A stretch of 64,000 bases of DNA from a virus. The position numbers and the translations under genes were made by a program. Of the stretch, positions 8,405 through 18,302 are shown piece after piece. The notes beneath the pieces are model-generated. The model was not told where the DNA came from, made no database searches, and saw only the letters and a list, made by a program, of their open reading frames with translations. The first letter of the stretch is position 1. Each line of letters opens with the position of its first letter. Location: IMG/VR virus record IMGVR_UViG_3300042468_000945, positions 32,001 to 96,000 of that record. One strand, 5' to 3'.

Positions 8405-11400
8405 TATAATGTTCCCTCTCTAACAGGAGCCGCTGAACCTTCTTTTGTTCTTAGATTAAATCCAGATAACTTAGGTGTCGTGTGTGCACCTGATGATCTT
8501 ACAACACTTACTTCAACTCTTGGTGCTACACCTAAAGTCTCATACTCAACAGATATTTTTGCAGGTAAATCTCCGTATGTAAAGAAGTCTCTTGAAAATA
8601 TAATATCACCGTCTGGTGTAATGTAGTATTCAATAACAGGATAGTATTCTGTACTTAATGTATCAAAATTAGGTTTCTTCATATTAGGAACTTCACCAGT
8701 AATGTAGTTTGTCATATTTCTACATACAGGGAAATATTTAGATCCAATAATAACATCTTCTGAAGTTGACTCAGTATTAACAAGAGAAAGAATATCTGCA
8801 AACTGAGAATTTTCGTCTACTTTATTAATGTACTTGTAACTAGCAATTACCTTGTCATAGTTTTCTGGTTTTGGAATCCTAATAATTACTGTTCCATTAT
8901 TAGAGTTTAATTTATAATCGTTAGGAGAGATAATTAACTTACTACCGTCCTCAGAATTAAACCAATATAGTTTAAATAAGCTACCACTTTCTCCAGCAAC
9001 GATTGGACTAAATTCTGTCTTATACGCATTGCTTTCTTTTACAGTAGTTGTTTTTGATGTAACAACATCTCTAGTTTTAGGTAATTGCTTATTTGCTTTT
9101 AAGTTATCGTAATCTTGGTTAATAAGTCTTGTTATATTGTTAACCAAATTACTTGTATTACCAGCATTTCTAAGTTGTGTTTTGATTCTGTTTTTAAGTG
9201 TTAGTTCTTTTAAGAAGTTTGAACTGTTGAAGTTTAATTCTTCAACAAATTGATTGATGTTATTTGATTTAAGAATATCAAGAACTTCTTTGACAGACCT
9301 GGTAGCTAGTACTGTTCCAGTAAGTCTGGAAGATGTTAGGGTTAAAGACCCGATTGTTGTCGGATATTTGCTAACAAAATCACTCATCTTTAAAACAGCC
9401 ATGTACTGATCTAAAGTAACATAGTCTGCATCAGATTCAACTGATGTAGTTACAATTTCGGTTTCATTAAGAACCTCTTGATCTATGCTTCTAAGAGTTA
9501 CCGTGTCTGGTTTACCATAAATATCTTGGGAAGCTGTCCACTTTGCAGTTGACACAGTTACTTTAATAGGTAAGTAGCCATTTGAAGATGCTACATCACC
9601 CTGGGAAATTGTACTTGTCAAACTTCCGTTTCTTATGTTTTCTTTTAATACAGAACTAGTTATACCGTTAATTGTTTCAGAGTTTGGATCAAAGAAATTT
9701 GGCCAAAGAGAATACAAACCAAACCACTCATTGATTCTTCTAATTTGAACTCTTCTTGTGTGGGGTACTTTATCTAAAACTACTTTGCCTTCTCTATCGG
9801 TACCATCAAATACTTCTTTTAACTTGATAGGTTCAGTAACTATTTTCAGTCCTGTGCCTCTTGCCCAACCAGCTGCTTCTTCCTCAGCTGTAAAGATATT
9901 AAGGACAGATCCTTCACTGTAAACATTCTGTCCAGAAGAGTCTTCTTGACTTACTTTATAAGCTTTTAAAGGAACCTTAAAAGTATCATCTTTATCAAAT
10001 GGAATAACATTAAAACCGATTCCTGAACTATACAGGGGATCAACATCAGCACTAATCCATAGTGATCTAATCTCTTTTCTTGTAAGAAGAGGAATAGATG
10101 TTAATGAACCTCTAGGTACGTATTCTCTATACCTTAAGTCTAACTCTCTTAATCCAAATTTATATGCAAAAACAACATGTCCAGGACCACTATTTAGTTC
10201 CTGTTCTCTCGCAAGCTCTATTGCACTAACTAAAGTTGAGTCTATATAATCAGGAACAAAGTCTGAAAAGATATCTGTTTTTTGAGCTTGGTTTTTTAAA
10301 GTTTCTCTTCGTGGAGAAGTTTGAGTTAGAGTAAAACTAACTCTTTGACTTGTTATTACTTTTGGAAGTGGTATTGTAGTTGTGTTATCTATTCTTTGAT
10401 TACATACCCACTTTTCTTCACCAGCAAACAGTTCAACTTTATTGATAAAGGCAGTGCAACCTGATGTTAATGAGTTAATATAAAAATTAATTTTACCGCT
10501 AACTGCATTTTGTGGTGCGTAGTCTGAAAACTTAAAGCTTTGATAAAAATTAGCTAATGTCTGTTGTTGTCTTGTTGTTGAGATTTCTGCTCCAAGACTA
10601 TCTAACCATGTAAAGCCAAGTGTTAGAGGCACATCACCAATTGTCTTTGCGCTGTAATACAACTCAAAACGTTGACCAACAGTAATTGAACCAGAAGCCA
10701 CGCTTCCACTAAGGCTTGTAGAAATAGCATTGTTAATACCAAAAGTTTGAGATATAAGTCCAGTAGGGGCTAATATAACTCCAAGATTATTAACAGTATC
10801 CCTATAAGCTGTACCAGAGTATGCCCATCGTGATGACGCATTAAACAGCGGTGTGTTTAAAGCATTTTGTATTGTTTGTGGTGTCCAACTTACTCCTAGT
10901 AAAGTAAAAGATTCTGTAGTAAGGGGATCTAAATAAACCTCACCAACAATTGTTGGTCTATCCATAAAGTAGGATAACAATACAGCAGAACCTTGTGTGT
11001 ATTGTGCTGGTAACCACGGAATAGATCCACTAGACGCTTTAACTAATGAAGGCAAGTATGAGGAAGCTAACCAGTAAGATTCTCTAGACCCATCAGTAAT
11101 ATTACTAATAGTTCCAACCTGTTCTAATGGTGTTAAAGTCTTTTCAATGGCGGCATAGCCACCCATAGCGTTGTTAGACCTAATAGCACTAAACCAACCA
11201 GTATCTGGAAGCCTATAACAACCTTCCTCAGACACAAATTGAAGGGGGTCTGAGTTTGTGTAATACTTAGAATTTAAATCAACCCAACTAGTGTCACCAC
11301 CAGAAATTGAAATTGTATTGGTAGCTGAGTTTGCTAAGACAGTTCTAACAGATCGTATAGATGCTTCAAGACTACGAAGTTTCTTTTCACCTTCTTCAAT

Positions 11401-11682
11401 ACGAGCTAAAAGCTTTTGTCTAAGTGTATTAGTATAATCATCTAACTTACTGATGGATACATAAATACCAGCTATGTCAGATACTAATTGACTTGTTGTT
11501 TGGTTCCAATCTGAAGCTGAGTTAATATCTTTTACGTATACAGACAGACTATCAAGTATGTTTTTATTTAAATCAGAATCCTGAATTGATACATTAGATG
11601 AAGTATCTTCTGATAAAATACTATTAAAAGCATTTCTTGCCCATATAAATGGCATATTATAAGCTGTCAGATATTCGTTCAT
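8404..11682 (-). CDS. Large virion structural protein (paralog family member 4) with carbohydrate-binding-like beta domains
   Basis: 1092 aa. Coiled N-terminus, SWVDLNSK...EEGCYRLP, NITDGSRESYW, C-terminal TTPKLSGFNLRT. Confidence 0.6.
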   Translation of the reverse strand: MNEYLTAYNMPFIWARNAFNSILSEDTSSNVSIQDSDLNKNILDSLSVYVKDINSASDWNQTTSQLVSDIAGIYVSISKLDDYTNTLRQKLLARIEEGEKKLRSLEASIRSVRTVLANSATNTISISGGDTSWVDLNSKYYTNSDPLQFVSEEGCYRLPDTGWFSAIRSNNAMGGYAAIEKTLTPLEQVGTISNITDGSRESYWLASSYLPSLVKASSGSIPWLPAQYTQGSAVLLSYFMDRPTIVGEVYLDPLTTESFTLLGVSWTPQTIQNALNTPLFNASSRWAYSGTAYRDTVNNLGVILAPTGLISQTFGINNAISTSLSGSVASGSITVGQRFELYYSAKTIGDVPLTLGFTWLDSLGAEISTTRQQQTLANFYQSFKFSDYAPQNAVSGKINFYINSLTSGCTAFINKVELFAGEEKWVCNQRIDNTTTIPLPKVITSQRVSFTLTQTSPRRETLKNQAQKTDIFSDFVPDYIDSTLVSAIELAREQELNSGPGHVVFAYKFGLRELDLRYREYVPRGSLTSIPLLTRKEIRSLWISADVDPLYSSGIGFNVIPFDKDDTFKVPLKAYKVSQEDSSGQNVYSEGSVLNIFTAEEEAAGWARGTGLKIVTEPIKLKEVFDGTDREGKVVLDKVPHTRRVQIRRINEWFGLYSLWPNFFDPNSETINGITSSVLKENIRNGSLTSTISQGDVASSNGYLPIKVTVSTAKWTASQDIYGKPDTVTLRSIDQEVLNETEIVTTSVESDADYVTLDQYMAVLKMSDFVSKYPTTIGSLTLTSSRLTGTVLATRSVKEVLDILKSNNINQFVEELNFNSSNFLKELTLKNRIKTQLRNAGNTSNLVNNITRLINQDYDNLKANKQLPKTRDVVTSKTTTVKESNAYKTEFSPIVAGESGSLFKLYWFNSEDGSKLIISPNDYKLNSNNGTVIIRIPKPENYDKVIASYKYINKVDENSQFADILSLVNTESTSEDVIIGSKYFPVCRNMTNYITGEVPNMKKPNFDTLSTEYYPVIEYYITPDGDIIFSRDFFTYGDLPAKISVEYETLGVAPRVEVSVVRSSGAHTTPKLSGFNLRTKEGSAAPVREGTL

Positions 11683-11687
11683 TATGC

Positions 11688-14045
11688 TCAGTCTTCAGTA
11701 ATTGTGATGTCAGATATTGTATGATACTCAGAACCAAAAGTTTTAGCCTCAACATAGATAGAAAGAACATTTCTTCTATACTCCATTGGAAACTTGGTTA
11801 CAGGCAATACAACGTTAAGAACTGGGTTGTCATTAAAAATAGAGTGTCCAATAACGTGTTCTAGTGGAATTTCAACTTGACCAAATTTTGTTAAGTCAAT
11901 TGTAACTGGGTTTATGTTAAAACTAGAATCATTAGCGTTTGAAAAATCTAATTCTATGTTTTGACCTATTTGTGTTGGCCAAAGAGCAGTAGCACTTCTT
12001 TCTGGGCTAAGACCAATTTTTATTTCATTAGCATCCCAACTCTTGCCACCAGGACTAACGACTAAATCAGTAAGAGTAAATTTAAGTTTCAAGTTGTCAT
12101 TAGTCAAATCAATTGTACCTGGTAATCTAATAAACAAACTAAACCTTGCACCACCAGTACCAGTTGATGTTCTTCGTACTGTAACTCCACTAGGTGAAAA
12201 AGTAATGGGATTATTACCTATTTGCCAGTAATGTTGTTGTGGTCCTACGCTATCATAAAAACCTGGGAATGGTATAGGAGGATCATAATCTGAAACACTC
12301 CAAGTAACATCTCTACCCCTTTGAATTGTGCTTAAAGGATCATCCCATTTAATTACTGTAGTAACAGGTTGGGTAGTAGTGCCACTACTGCTGTACGTTT
12401 CTATGTTGTCTAGTGTTATTTGACTATTAAGACCAGCTTTAACAAATAACGTATTTAAAGAAATACTTATAGGAGAAAAATCTGTTCCTGATGTAAAAAC
12501 AACATCATCAAATAAAGTGAATCTATTTCCATTATGCCCCTCACCAACTATTCGTTTAGGACAAGCAAACACACCAGGAGCACCAGTTGAGATGCCAGTA
12601 ACACTATCTGTGTAACTTAATAAAGTGCTCCAAGCTCCCCCACTTACTGATTCATTCAATGAAATAACATCGCCTTCTGCTTTAAATTGATACTTATAGT
12701 CGTCGGTTAAGGTACTAAATTGAAGAAGCTGAGAATTAGTCAAAATCTCCATTGACCCTGTTTGATTTCCAGCTGGTGTCTTAGCCTCTTCCATAACTAA
12801 AGACAATCCAGGTACACCACCACCAACAGTTGTTGACAATAATACATTTGAAGTTAAGTCTACTGTATTTGGGAATGTTCCCTTTATTGCAGATAAAACA
12901 CAATTATTGAACTTGACTAGTCTTGCAGTCCTAGGAGCTTGTTCAGTCAAAGGCGTAGCTGTGGTACTGTTAGTACCATTACTATCACCTAAAAGTACAC
13001 CATAACCGTTTACCTTTAAACTTCCACTGATTGGGTCTTTGCTTTGAACATTCCTTAACAAGAAACCAACAGCACCAAACGGAGTATTATAAAACGTTGT
13101 GTTAGACCAGAATCCTGTCAATCTAAACGTAACTGATTGATCAGAATCAAAGTTATTATCAAAAAAGGTATAAGACCCATAACGTCCAGCGGCCCTAAAA
13201 GCTGACGACATTGCTAGGGATGGTTTGCCGTTAGATACACCAAAACCATAACCACCAAAAGAACTGTTTGCCGGGAACCAACCAACAAATGGCCAAGGCT
13301 GTCCAGAATTGCCACTAGTCCCATAAAACCAATCGTATTTACTATGATCAAGGAAACCAAATTTTCTGTGAAGGTCATACTCTAAAGTGTTTCCTACAAG
13401 GTATACTGTAGTAGCTGGGAAACCAGGAACATCAACTTCTCTTCTCGGCCATTTCAATGAATCATTAAGCGACCTATTACTATCGTCTTGTTTAGAAAAC
13501 GAACCAGTTTTTAAGTTCTTGTTTAAAGTAGAAATATAGGCTACGTACTGTCTACCACTAACAGGGGTGACTGTACATTGAAAACTATTTTTACCTAGAA
13601 GAGTATTCCATGCTTCCCTACTTGAAGGGGAAGATGTTGCATATATTCCCTTTACTGTTGAAGGCGATGCTGAAACTTCATCTGCTCTAATAGCTAAAGA
13701 AAATCCTCTATCAAGGAATGGCGTACTTCCAAATAATGCTGGTGTTGTAAAAGTAAAACTTTCGTTATTAGTATTTAATGTTATTCCTGTGACTACTTGA
13801 CTAATGTATATATCTGTAGGTTGTATTGTGTTTCCACTTGGGTAATAACTTATTAAATTAGATCCGCCTAACGTTGTCAGGTTATTTTGTAAAGTAATAA
13901 CAGCATCAAAATAATGATTGATATGGTCTGCCAACTCTAAACTATCAGGAGCTAATGTGATATAAGACTGTTTTATTGCGAACTCATCTAGTTCACTTTC
14001 AGTTGGGTTAAAAGTTGATAATTGTCCTGTTCTATATCCTGCCAT
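11688..14045 (-). CDS. Putative tail fibre / receptor-binding protein
   Basis: Start re-called to the ATG at 14045, which overlaps the upstream stop as TAATG (track start 14066). N-terminal anchor motif ADHINHYFDAVITLQ. Beta-rich lectin-like domain shared with the 14045-16045 protein. Confidence 0.55.
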   Translation of the reverse strand: MAGYRTGQLSTFNPTESELDEFAIKQSYITLAPDSLELADHINHYFDAVITLQNNLTTLGGSNLISYYPSGNTIQPTDIYISQVVTGITLNTNNESFTFTTPALFGSTPFLDRGFSLAIRADEVSASPSTVKGIYATSSPSSREAWNTLLGKNSFQCTVTPVSGRQYVAYISTLNKNLKTGSFSKQDDSNRSLNDSLKWPRREVDVPGFPATTVYLVGNTLEYDLHRKFGFLDHSKYDWFYGTSGNSGQPWPFVGWFPANSSFGGYGFGVSNGKPSLAMSSAFRAAGRYGSYTFFDNNFDSDQSVTFRLTGFWSNTTFYNTPFGAVGFLLRNVQSKDPISGSLKVNGYGVLLGDSNGTNSTTATPLTEQAPRTARLVKFNNCVLSAIKGTFPNTVDLTSNVLLSTTVGGGVPGLSLVMEEAKTPAGNQTGSMEILTNSQLLQFSTLTDDYKYQFKAEGDVISLNESVSGGAWSTLLSYTDSVTGISTGAPGVFACPKRIVGEGHNGNRFTLFDDVVFTSGTDFSPISISLNTLFVKAGLNSQITLDNIETYSSSGTTTQPVTTVIKWDDPLSTIQRGRDVTWSVSDYDPPIPFPGFYDSVGPQQHYWQIGNNPITFSPSGVTVRRTSTGTGGARFSLFIRLPGTIDLTNDNLKLKFTLTDLVVSPGGKSWDANEIKIGLSPERSATALWPTQIGQNIELDFSNANDSSFNINPVTIDLTKFGQVEIPLEHVIGHSIFNDNPVLNVVLPVTKFPMEYRRNVLSIYVEAKTFGSEYHTISDITITED

Positions 14046-16045
14046 TATTTCATTCTCCCCATACAAATAAATCTTGCTTCAAACACCACTTCAGGTCTTG
14101 TTTGTCCTTGCTTTAATCCAAAAACAAGATCTTCAAAGATTAGGTTTGTTGCGGTATTTACTTGGGTAGTAGGTATTGGTAAAGTTGCTCCAATGTTGAT
14201 TAGTCCAGATTTTGCTGGTACAGTTATTGGAGATGATGAGTCTGCGTAGGTTAGTAATGTTTCCCATTCACCAGTATCAGTATTAAATTCTTTTAGATTT
14301 AATGTACTAACTGCTCCACTTGTAGTTACAGAAAATTCATATGTTGGCCTATCACTTGTCCAATCATCGTCAGGATAACTAGTCAAAAGAGTTGCTGATG
14401 TTAGTGCAGTAATATTAGTAACTGAAGGGAATGTAGACCAGCTTGCAGCATTACTATAATTTGCATAAGCATAGTTAGAACTAATATTCCAACCAGAAAG
14501 CTTAACTAACCAAGCCGCAGTAGTTGTGGCTGTTTCTGTATTTGAGCCTCTTGTGAACAATACAGCATAAGCATTTAAGGTGGATGCTGTTGGTAATGAT
14601 CCATACAGGAAAAGACCTCCTCTAAAGAAGTCGCTTGTAGATGAACCTATCCCTTTAAGGATATTAAACCTTGCATACTCATAACCTATTGTCGTATTTG
14701 TTTCTCTTATGCCTTTGCTTACTGTATCATTATCAAGCACAATAGCTTTAATACCTTTTTTATAAGTTACTTCTCCATCTACATCTGTTTTTGTAAGAAG
14801 AGCTACCCTGAAAGGTGCGGCTACGCTATCACCAACATAAGCTGATATATATGTTCCAAGCAATCCAGAAATTTTAGTACTATTGTTAACGTTTTCTGGT
14901 ATAGTCATTAGCTCACTATAACCTTGAATTGCACTAGCGGCTCCGTCATTTGGTATGAATAAACCAGAATAACCATTAGCCTCAATTTCATCTGCTAAAC
15001 TTAAGCTATCGTTTGATCCAAGCCTAAAAGAAAGTCTATGTTTTGATGTTCCGTTTTTTGTATTTAAATTGTAATTGTTTAAACTACATACTAATGGTTT
15101 TTTAGTTTCAATTAAGTTTTTAGTTGCAACCCACCCGTAACCTGAAAGAAAATCAAAATCAATTTCTTTACCATCTGGAATTTTAATTAGATTTCTATTT
15201 AATGTTTTAATTCCTGTTGAAGTTATTTTTGATTCTGCCCCATTTTTAACTTCATCATATATTAAGTCTGATGAAAAGTCGCTTACTGTACCAGAAACAA
15301 ATAACGTAGTTAAAATTAAGTTCTCCCCAGACAAACCACCGACAGCCTTTAAGTTTGTACTGGTTTCGTTTTGATCTACAAAAATTCTTTGTAGGTTATA
15401 TAAACCATCACCAAGCAAGTTAACATCTGCACTTCTAACAACAGCAGAATCATCCACACCATTATTCTTTACTGGAAATATAACATCGGCTTGAGTTGCT
15501 AATACAGTTTTTGGTACAGGTGCTCGTGATCCTACAAGATGATCTTCTAGTGTGTAGTATGCTATTACTTTAATGTTTGATAAAGTAATTTGGGATGTTC
15601 CTTCTCTTCTAAAAGAAACAGCAAAACTACTGCTGTTAAAATCAAACCTAGACCAAAAAGACCTTGACCAATTATCGCTTACTGAACCAGTAACTACAGT
15701 TGAACCGCTAAGACCAGTTAAAACAATTGATTTTTCTGTCCCACCCTCTACAATTACGTTTGTATTTGAAAGTGCTCCAATATTAATTTTTAATATGTCA
15801 GAACCTGTAAATGTTCCAGATGTAGATACATCAAAACTTACAGCAACACCACTTACTTTAGCATCTAATGGCACTCCAGCAGTAAAGCTTTGAAGAAACA
15901 TAATCGCCTCTCCAGAAGTTGAGTGCCCAGAACCTAAACTCCAAGTTCCTCCTAATCCAAATCCAGGGACGCCTGTACCAGTCCAGGTATTTGGACTAGT
16001 CGGAGAAGCAGCCACTGCTTGAGGAATTAAATCTATGTTTGCCAT
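14045..16045 (-). CDS. Putative tail fibre / receptor-binding protein
   Basis: 666 aa, beta-rich and S/T/G-rich. Internal anchor motif FPVKNNGVDDSAVVRSADVNLLGDGLYNLQ. C-terminal lectin-like domain (GEWETLLTYADS). Confidence 0.55.
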   Translation of the reverse strand: MANIDLIPQAVAASPTSPNTWTGTGVPGFGLGGTWSLGSGHSTSGEAIMFLQSFTAGVPLDAKVSGVAVSFDVSTSGTFTGSDILKINIGALSNTNVIVEGGTEKSIVLTGLSGSTVVTGSVSDNWSRSFWSRFDFNSSSFAVSFRREGTSQITLSNIKVIAYYTLEDHLVGSRAPVPKTVLATQADVIFPVKNNGVDDSAVVRSADVNLLGDGLYNLQRIFVDQNETSTNLKAVGGLSGENLILTTLFVSGTVSDFSSDLIYDEVKNGAESKITSTGIKTLNRNLIKIPDGKEIDFDFLSGYGWVATKNLIETKKPLVCSLNNYNLNTKNGTSKHRLSFRLGSNDSLSLADEIEANGYSGLFIPNDGAASAIQGYSELMTIPENVNNSTKISGLLGTYISAYVGDSVAAPFRVALLTKTDVDGEVTYKKGIKAIVLDNDTVSKGIRETNTTIGYEYARFNILKGIGSSTSDFFRGGLFLYGSLPTASTLNAYAVLFTRGSNTETATTTAAWLVKLSGWNISSNYAYANYSNAASWSTFPSVTNITALTSATLLTSYPDDDWTSDRPTYEFSVTTSGAVSTLNLKEFNTDTGEWETLLTYADSSSPITVPAKSGLINIGATLPIPTTQVNTATNLIFEDLVFGLKQGQTRPEVVFEARFICMGRMK

Positions 16046-16047
16046 AA

Positions 16048-16740
16048 TTAACTTAAGCTCTGTATTGTAATTTTAAGTTCGGGTCTTTGAATAGTACTAC
16101 TTTTCCATATGTCTAAAGTGTTACCATATTCTGCATCACCTGAACTTATTTGATAGTCTATAACAACACCCCTAATTAAAATAGTATTTGTCCCTACAAA
16201 AGCAGATACTATAACTTGATTTTTGTTGGGTGCTTTTGTAGTAAGACTAAATTTTTGAGTGTCGTTTATTACTAAATTTCCACTAACAAGTGTTTTAGAA
16301 CTTATTGGGGAAACAGCACCAAAAACTTTGCTTAATTCTAGTGAACTAGATTTCTCCAATAAAAAGTCAAATTCTGTCCTATTCTTTTGAATAAAATAAG
16401 GATCACCCGAGAATGTTACTACAAATTCAAAAGGAATAACATTACCTGGAAGTCTTAAGTCTGTCCCAACAGAAGCATCATAAGCACTATAAGTTAACAC
16501 ATCTTTTAAACTAACTCTAAAAGTATATGGAAAACTTAATCTTTTAACAGAACCATCACCAACACCAGCTTGACCATCTACAAGCAAAAGATAAGCTTTA
16601 ACAACAAAGTTTCTTACTTTATTGTAATGTTCCGCATAAAACTTTTCATCTTCATCAACAACAGATGATTCATTATTAAACACTGTTGGAAAATCAATGT
16701 CTTTAGACAGGGGCCAATTTATTCTATCATTGTATGGCAT
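16048..16740 (-). CDS. Putative fibre/baseplate-associated structural protein
   Basis: N-terminal FPTVF...YAEHYNKVRNFVV motif resembling the anchor motif of the two neighbouring fibre-like genes. Confidence 0.5.
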   Translation of the reverse strand: MPYNDRINWPLSKDIDFPTVFNNESSVVDEDEKFYAEHYNKVRNFVVKAYLLLVDGQAGVGDGSVKRLSFPYTFRVSLKDVLTYSAYDASVGTDLRLPGNVIPFEFVVTFSGDPYFIQKNRTEFDFLLEKSSSLELSKVFGAVSPISSKTLVSGNLVINDTQKFSLTTKAPNKNQVIVSAFVGTNTILIRGVVIDYQISSGDAEYGNTLDIWKSSTIQRPELKITIQSLS

Positions 16741-18302
16741 TATGTTACATCCTCAAACACCAGCTCAAATTTGATGCCCGGCGGTATTCTTTGTCTTACA
16801 ATTTCATCAACTTCAGGTTCTGTAAACTCTCCGCCATTGACTACTAATACAGATGGGTCTATTTTAACCGTGATTAATCCACCCTCTTGAACAGGTTGAC
16901 CATCCCAAATACCTAAATCGTAATAACTCTTCAAAGTAGTCAGAGCATCTGGTTCTGAATTGATTTTATTGAAATCAAATTCATCAGGTACACCACCACC
17001 TCTCACACGAATATCAGCAATCTTAACAGCATTAACATTTAACGGTGCTCTTAATAAAGCTCTACCTAGGGGAAGCATAGACGGAATTTTTCTTGAAAAA
17101 ATATCTCTCTTAGGTACACTGTTCTCATCATAATAGTTTCTACCAAATAAAGCAAAACCATATGTGTTAGCTGGGCCTTCTGAGAGTTTAGGAATAATTT
17201 CTTCTACCTGAGCACCAACAGCATGCCTTACAAAATGAGTCTCCCCATAACTGTATCCGCTATAAAACTTTATTTCAAGTGTCTTTAAACCGCTAGAGTC
17301 TAGTGTATCATCAACTGAAAATGTTGCTACAGCTGAGGGTATTGCAAAGATTGTTACGTGTTCTAGTAAACAAGTAGAAGATGACCTTATAATATTAAAT
17401 CTATCATCACCAATTACATGTCCATATTCTGGATTTAAATCCAATGGGAAATAAGTGTTTTTAACATTGTCCCTATATCCCAGATACACATACTCATCAA
17501 GATAAGTTAGATACTCAATAAAAATTGAACTGTCTGAGTCTAAAGTATCTTTTACTTCAACCTTGCCAAGATCTTGATCTATGCTTTTAATATACTCAGC
17601 ACCTACTGTACTGTTATATTTAATTAAATTATTAACAGTAATGCTTAATATTTTTGAGCATTTGTTTGGTAATTCAATAGTGCTAGGACCAAGGGCAACT
17701 ACTTTACTAAGTAGTTTTTTGTACTTAACATCCGTACCAGGAAAAGTATCATCATTTGATGATTGTGTTAAACAATAGTTTGCCTCTGGAACGGAATAAA
17801 TTAAAAGACATTGTTTTCCTATTGCACCACTTCCTGCTAGTTCAGGTATGCTTCTAAACCATATATCTGATTGTTCATATTCTGGAATAGTATATGTTCT
17901 GTAAACGGTTCCTGGAGTAATACCAACTCCCCAACTCTCAGAATTTGTTCTTTGAACTCCATTAACTGAAATTGTAGAGTTCAATGCTTTTAATACGTAG
18001 TTAGATTTTACAACGGGAATTTGATTTGCCGTATCACTAATACTGAAAGCACCTAAACCTGTTGTAGTAGTTAATAAGTTAGTCCCATCATACGTTAACT
18101 TTAACTTAATTTTTGTTGAGTTAAAAGAGTTTGCTAATACGTATTCTCTTAATGCGTCAGAGTTTTCCTTTGCAAACTTAAAAGATTCTAGCAATGCAAC
18201 GCTGAAATCTGGTTGCATCATTGGTGCGGCAATAAAACCTATACCAACGGCAGACTCTTTATCACTAGGTGCGCCTCCAAACTGTAAATTTAGGTTGTTC
18301 AT
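16740..18302 (-). CDS. Putative baseplate structural protein
   Basis: C-terminal DIRVRGGG...YYDLGIWDG...GGEFTEPEVDEIVRQRIPPGI pattern, which I recognise from large-myovirus baseplate clusters. Coupled to both neighbours. Confidence 0.5.
   Translation of the reverse strand: MNNLNLQFGGAPSDKESAVGIGFIAAPMMQPDFSVALLESFKFAKENSDALREYVLANSFNSTKIKLKLTYDGTNLLTTTTGLGAFSISDTANQIPVVKSNYVLKALNSTISVNGVQRTNSESWGVGITPGTVYRTYTIPEYEQSDIWFRSIPELAGSGAIGKQCLLIYSVPEANYCLTQSSNDDTFPGTDVKYKKLLSKVVALGPSTIELPNKCSKILSITVNNLIKYNSTVGAEYIKSIDQDLGKVEVKDTLDSDSSIFIEYLTYLDEYVYLGYRDNVKNTYFPLDLNPEYGHVIGDDRFNIIRSSSTCLLEHVTIFAIPSAVATFSVDDTLDSSGLKTLEIKFYSGYSYGETHFVRHAVGAQVEEIIPKLSEGPANTYGFALFGRNYYDENSVPKRDIFSRKIPSMLPLGRALLRAPLNVNAVKIADIRVRGGGVPDEFDFNKINSEPDALTTLKSYYDLGIWDGQPVQEGGLITVKIDPSVLVVNGGEFTEPEVDEIVRQRIPPGIKFELVFEDVT

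Noticed and set aside
14046-14066. Track start at 14066 for the 792 aa ORF
   Set aside because: It overlaps the upstream gene by 22 nt. The ATG at 14045 gives the TAATG coupling used throughout the window.
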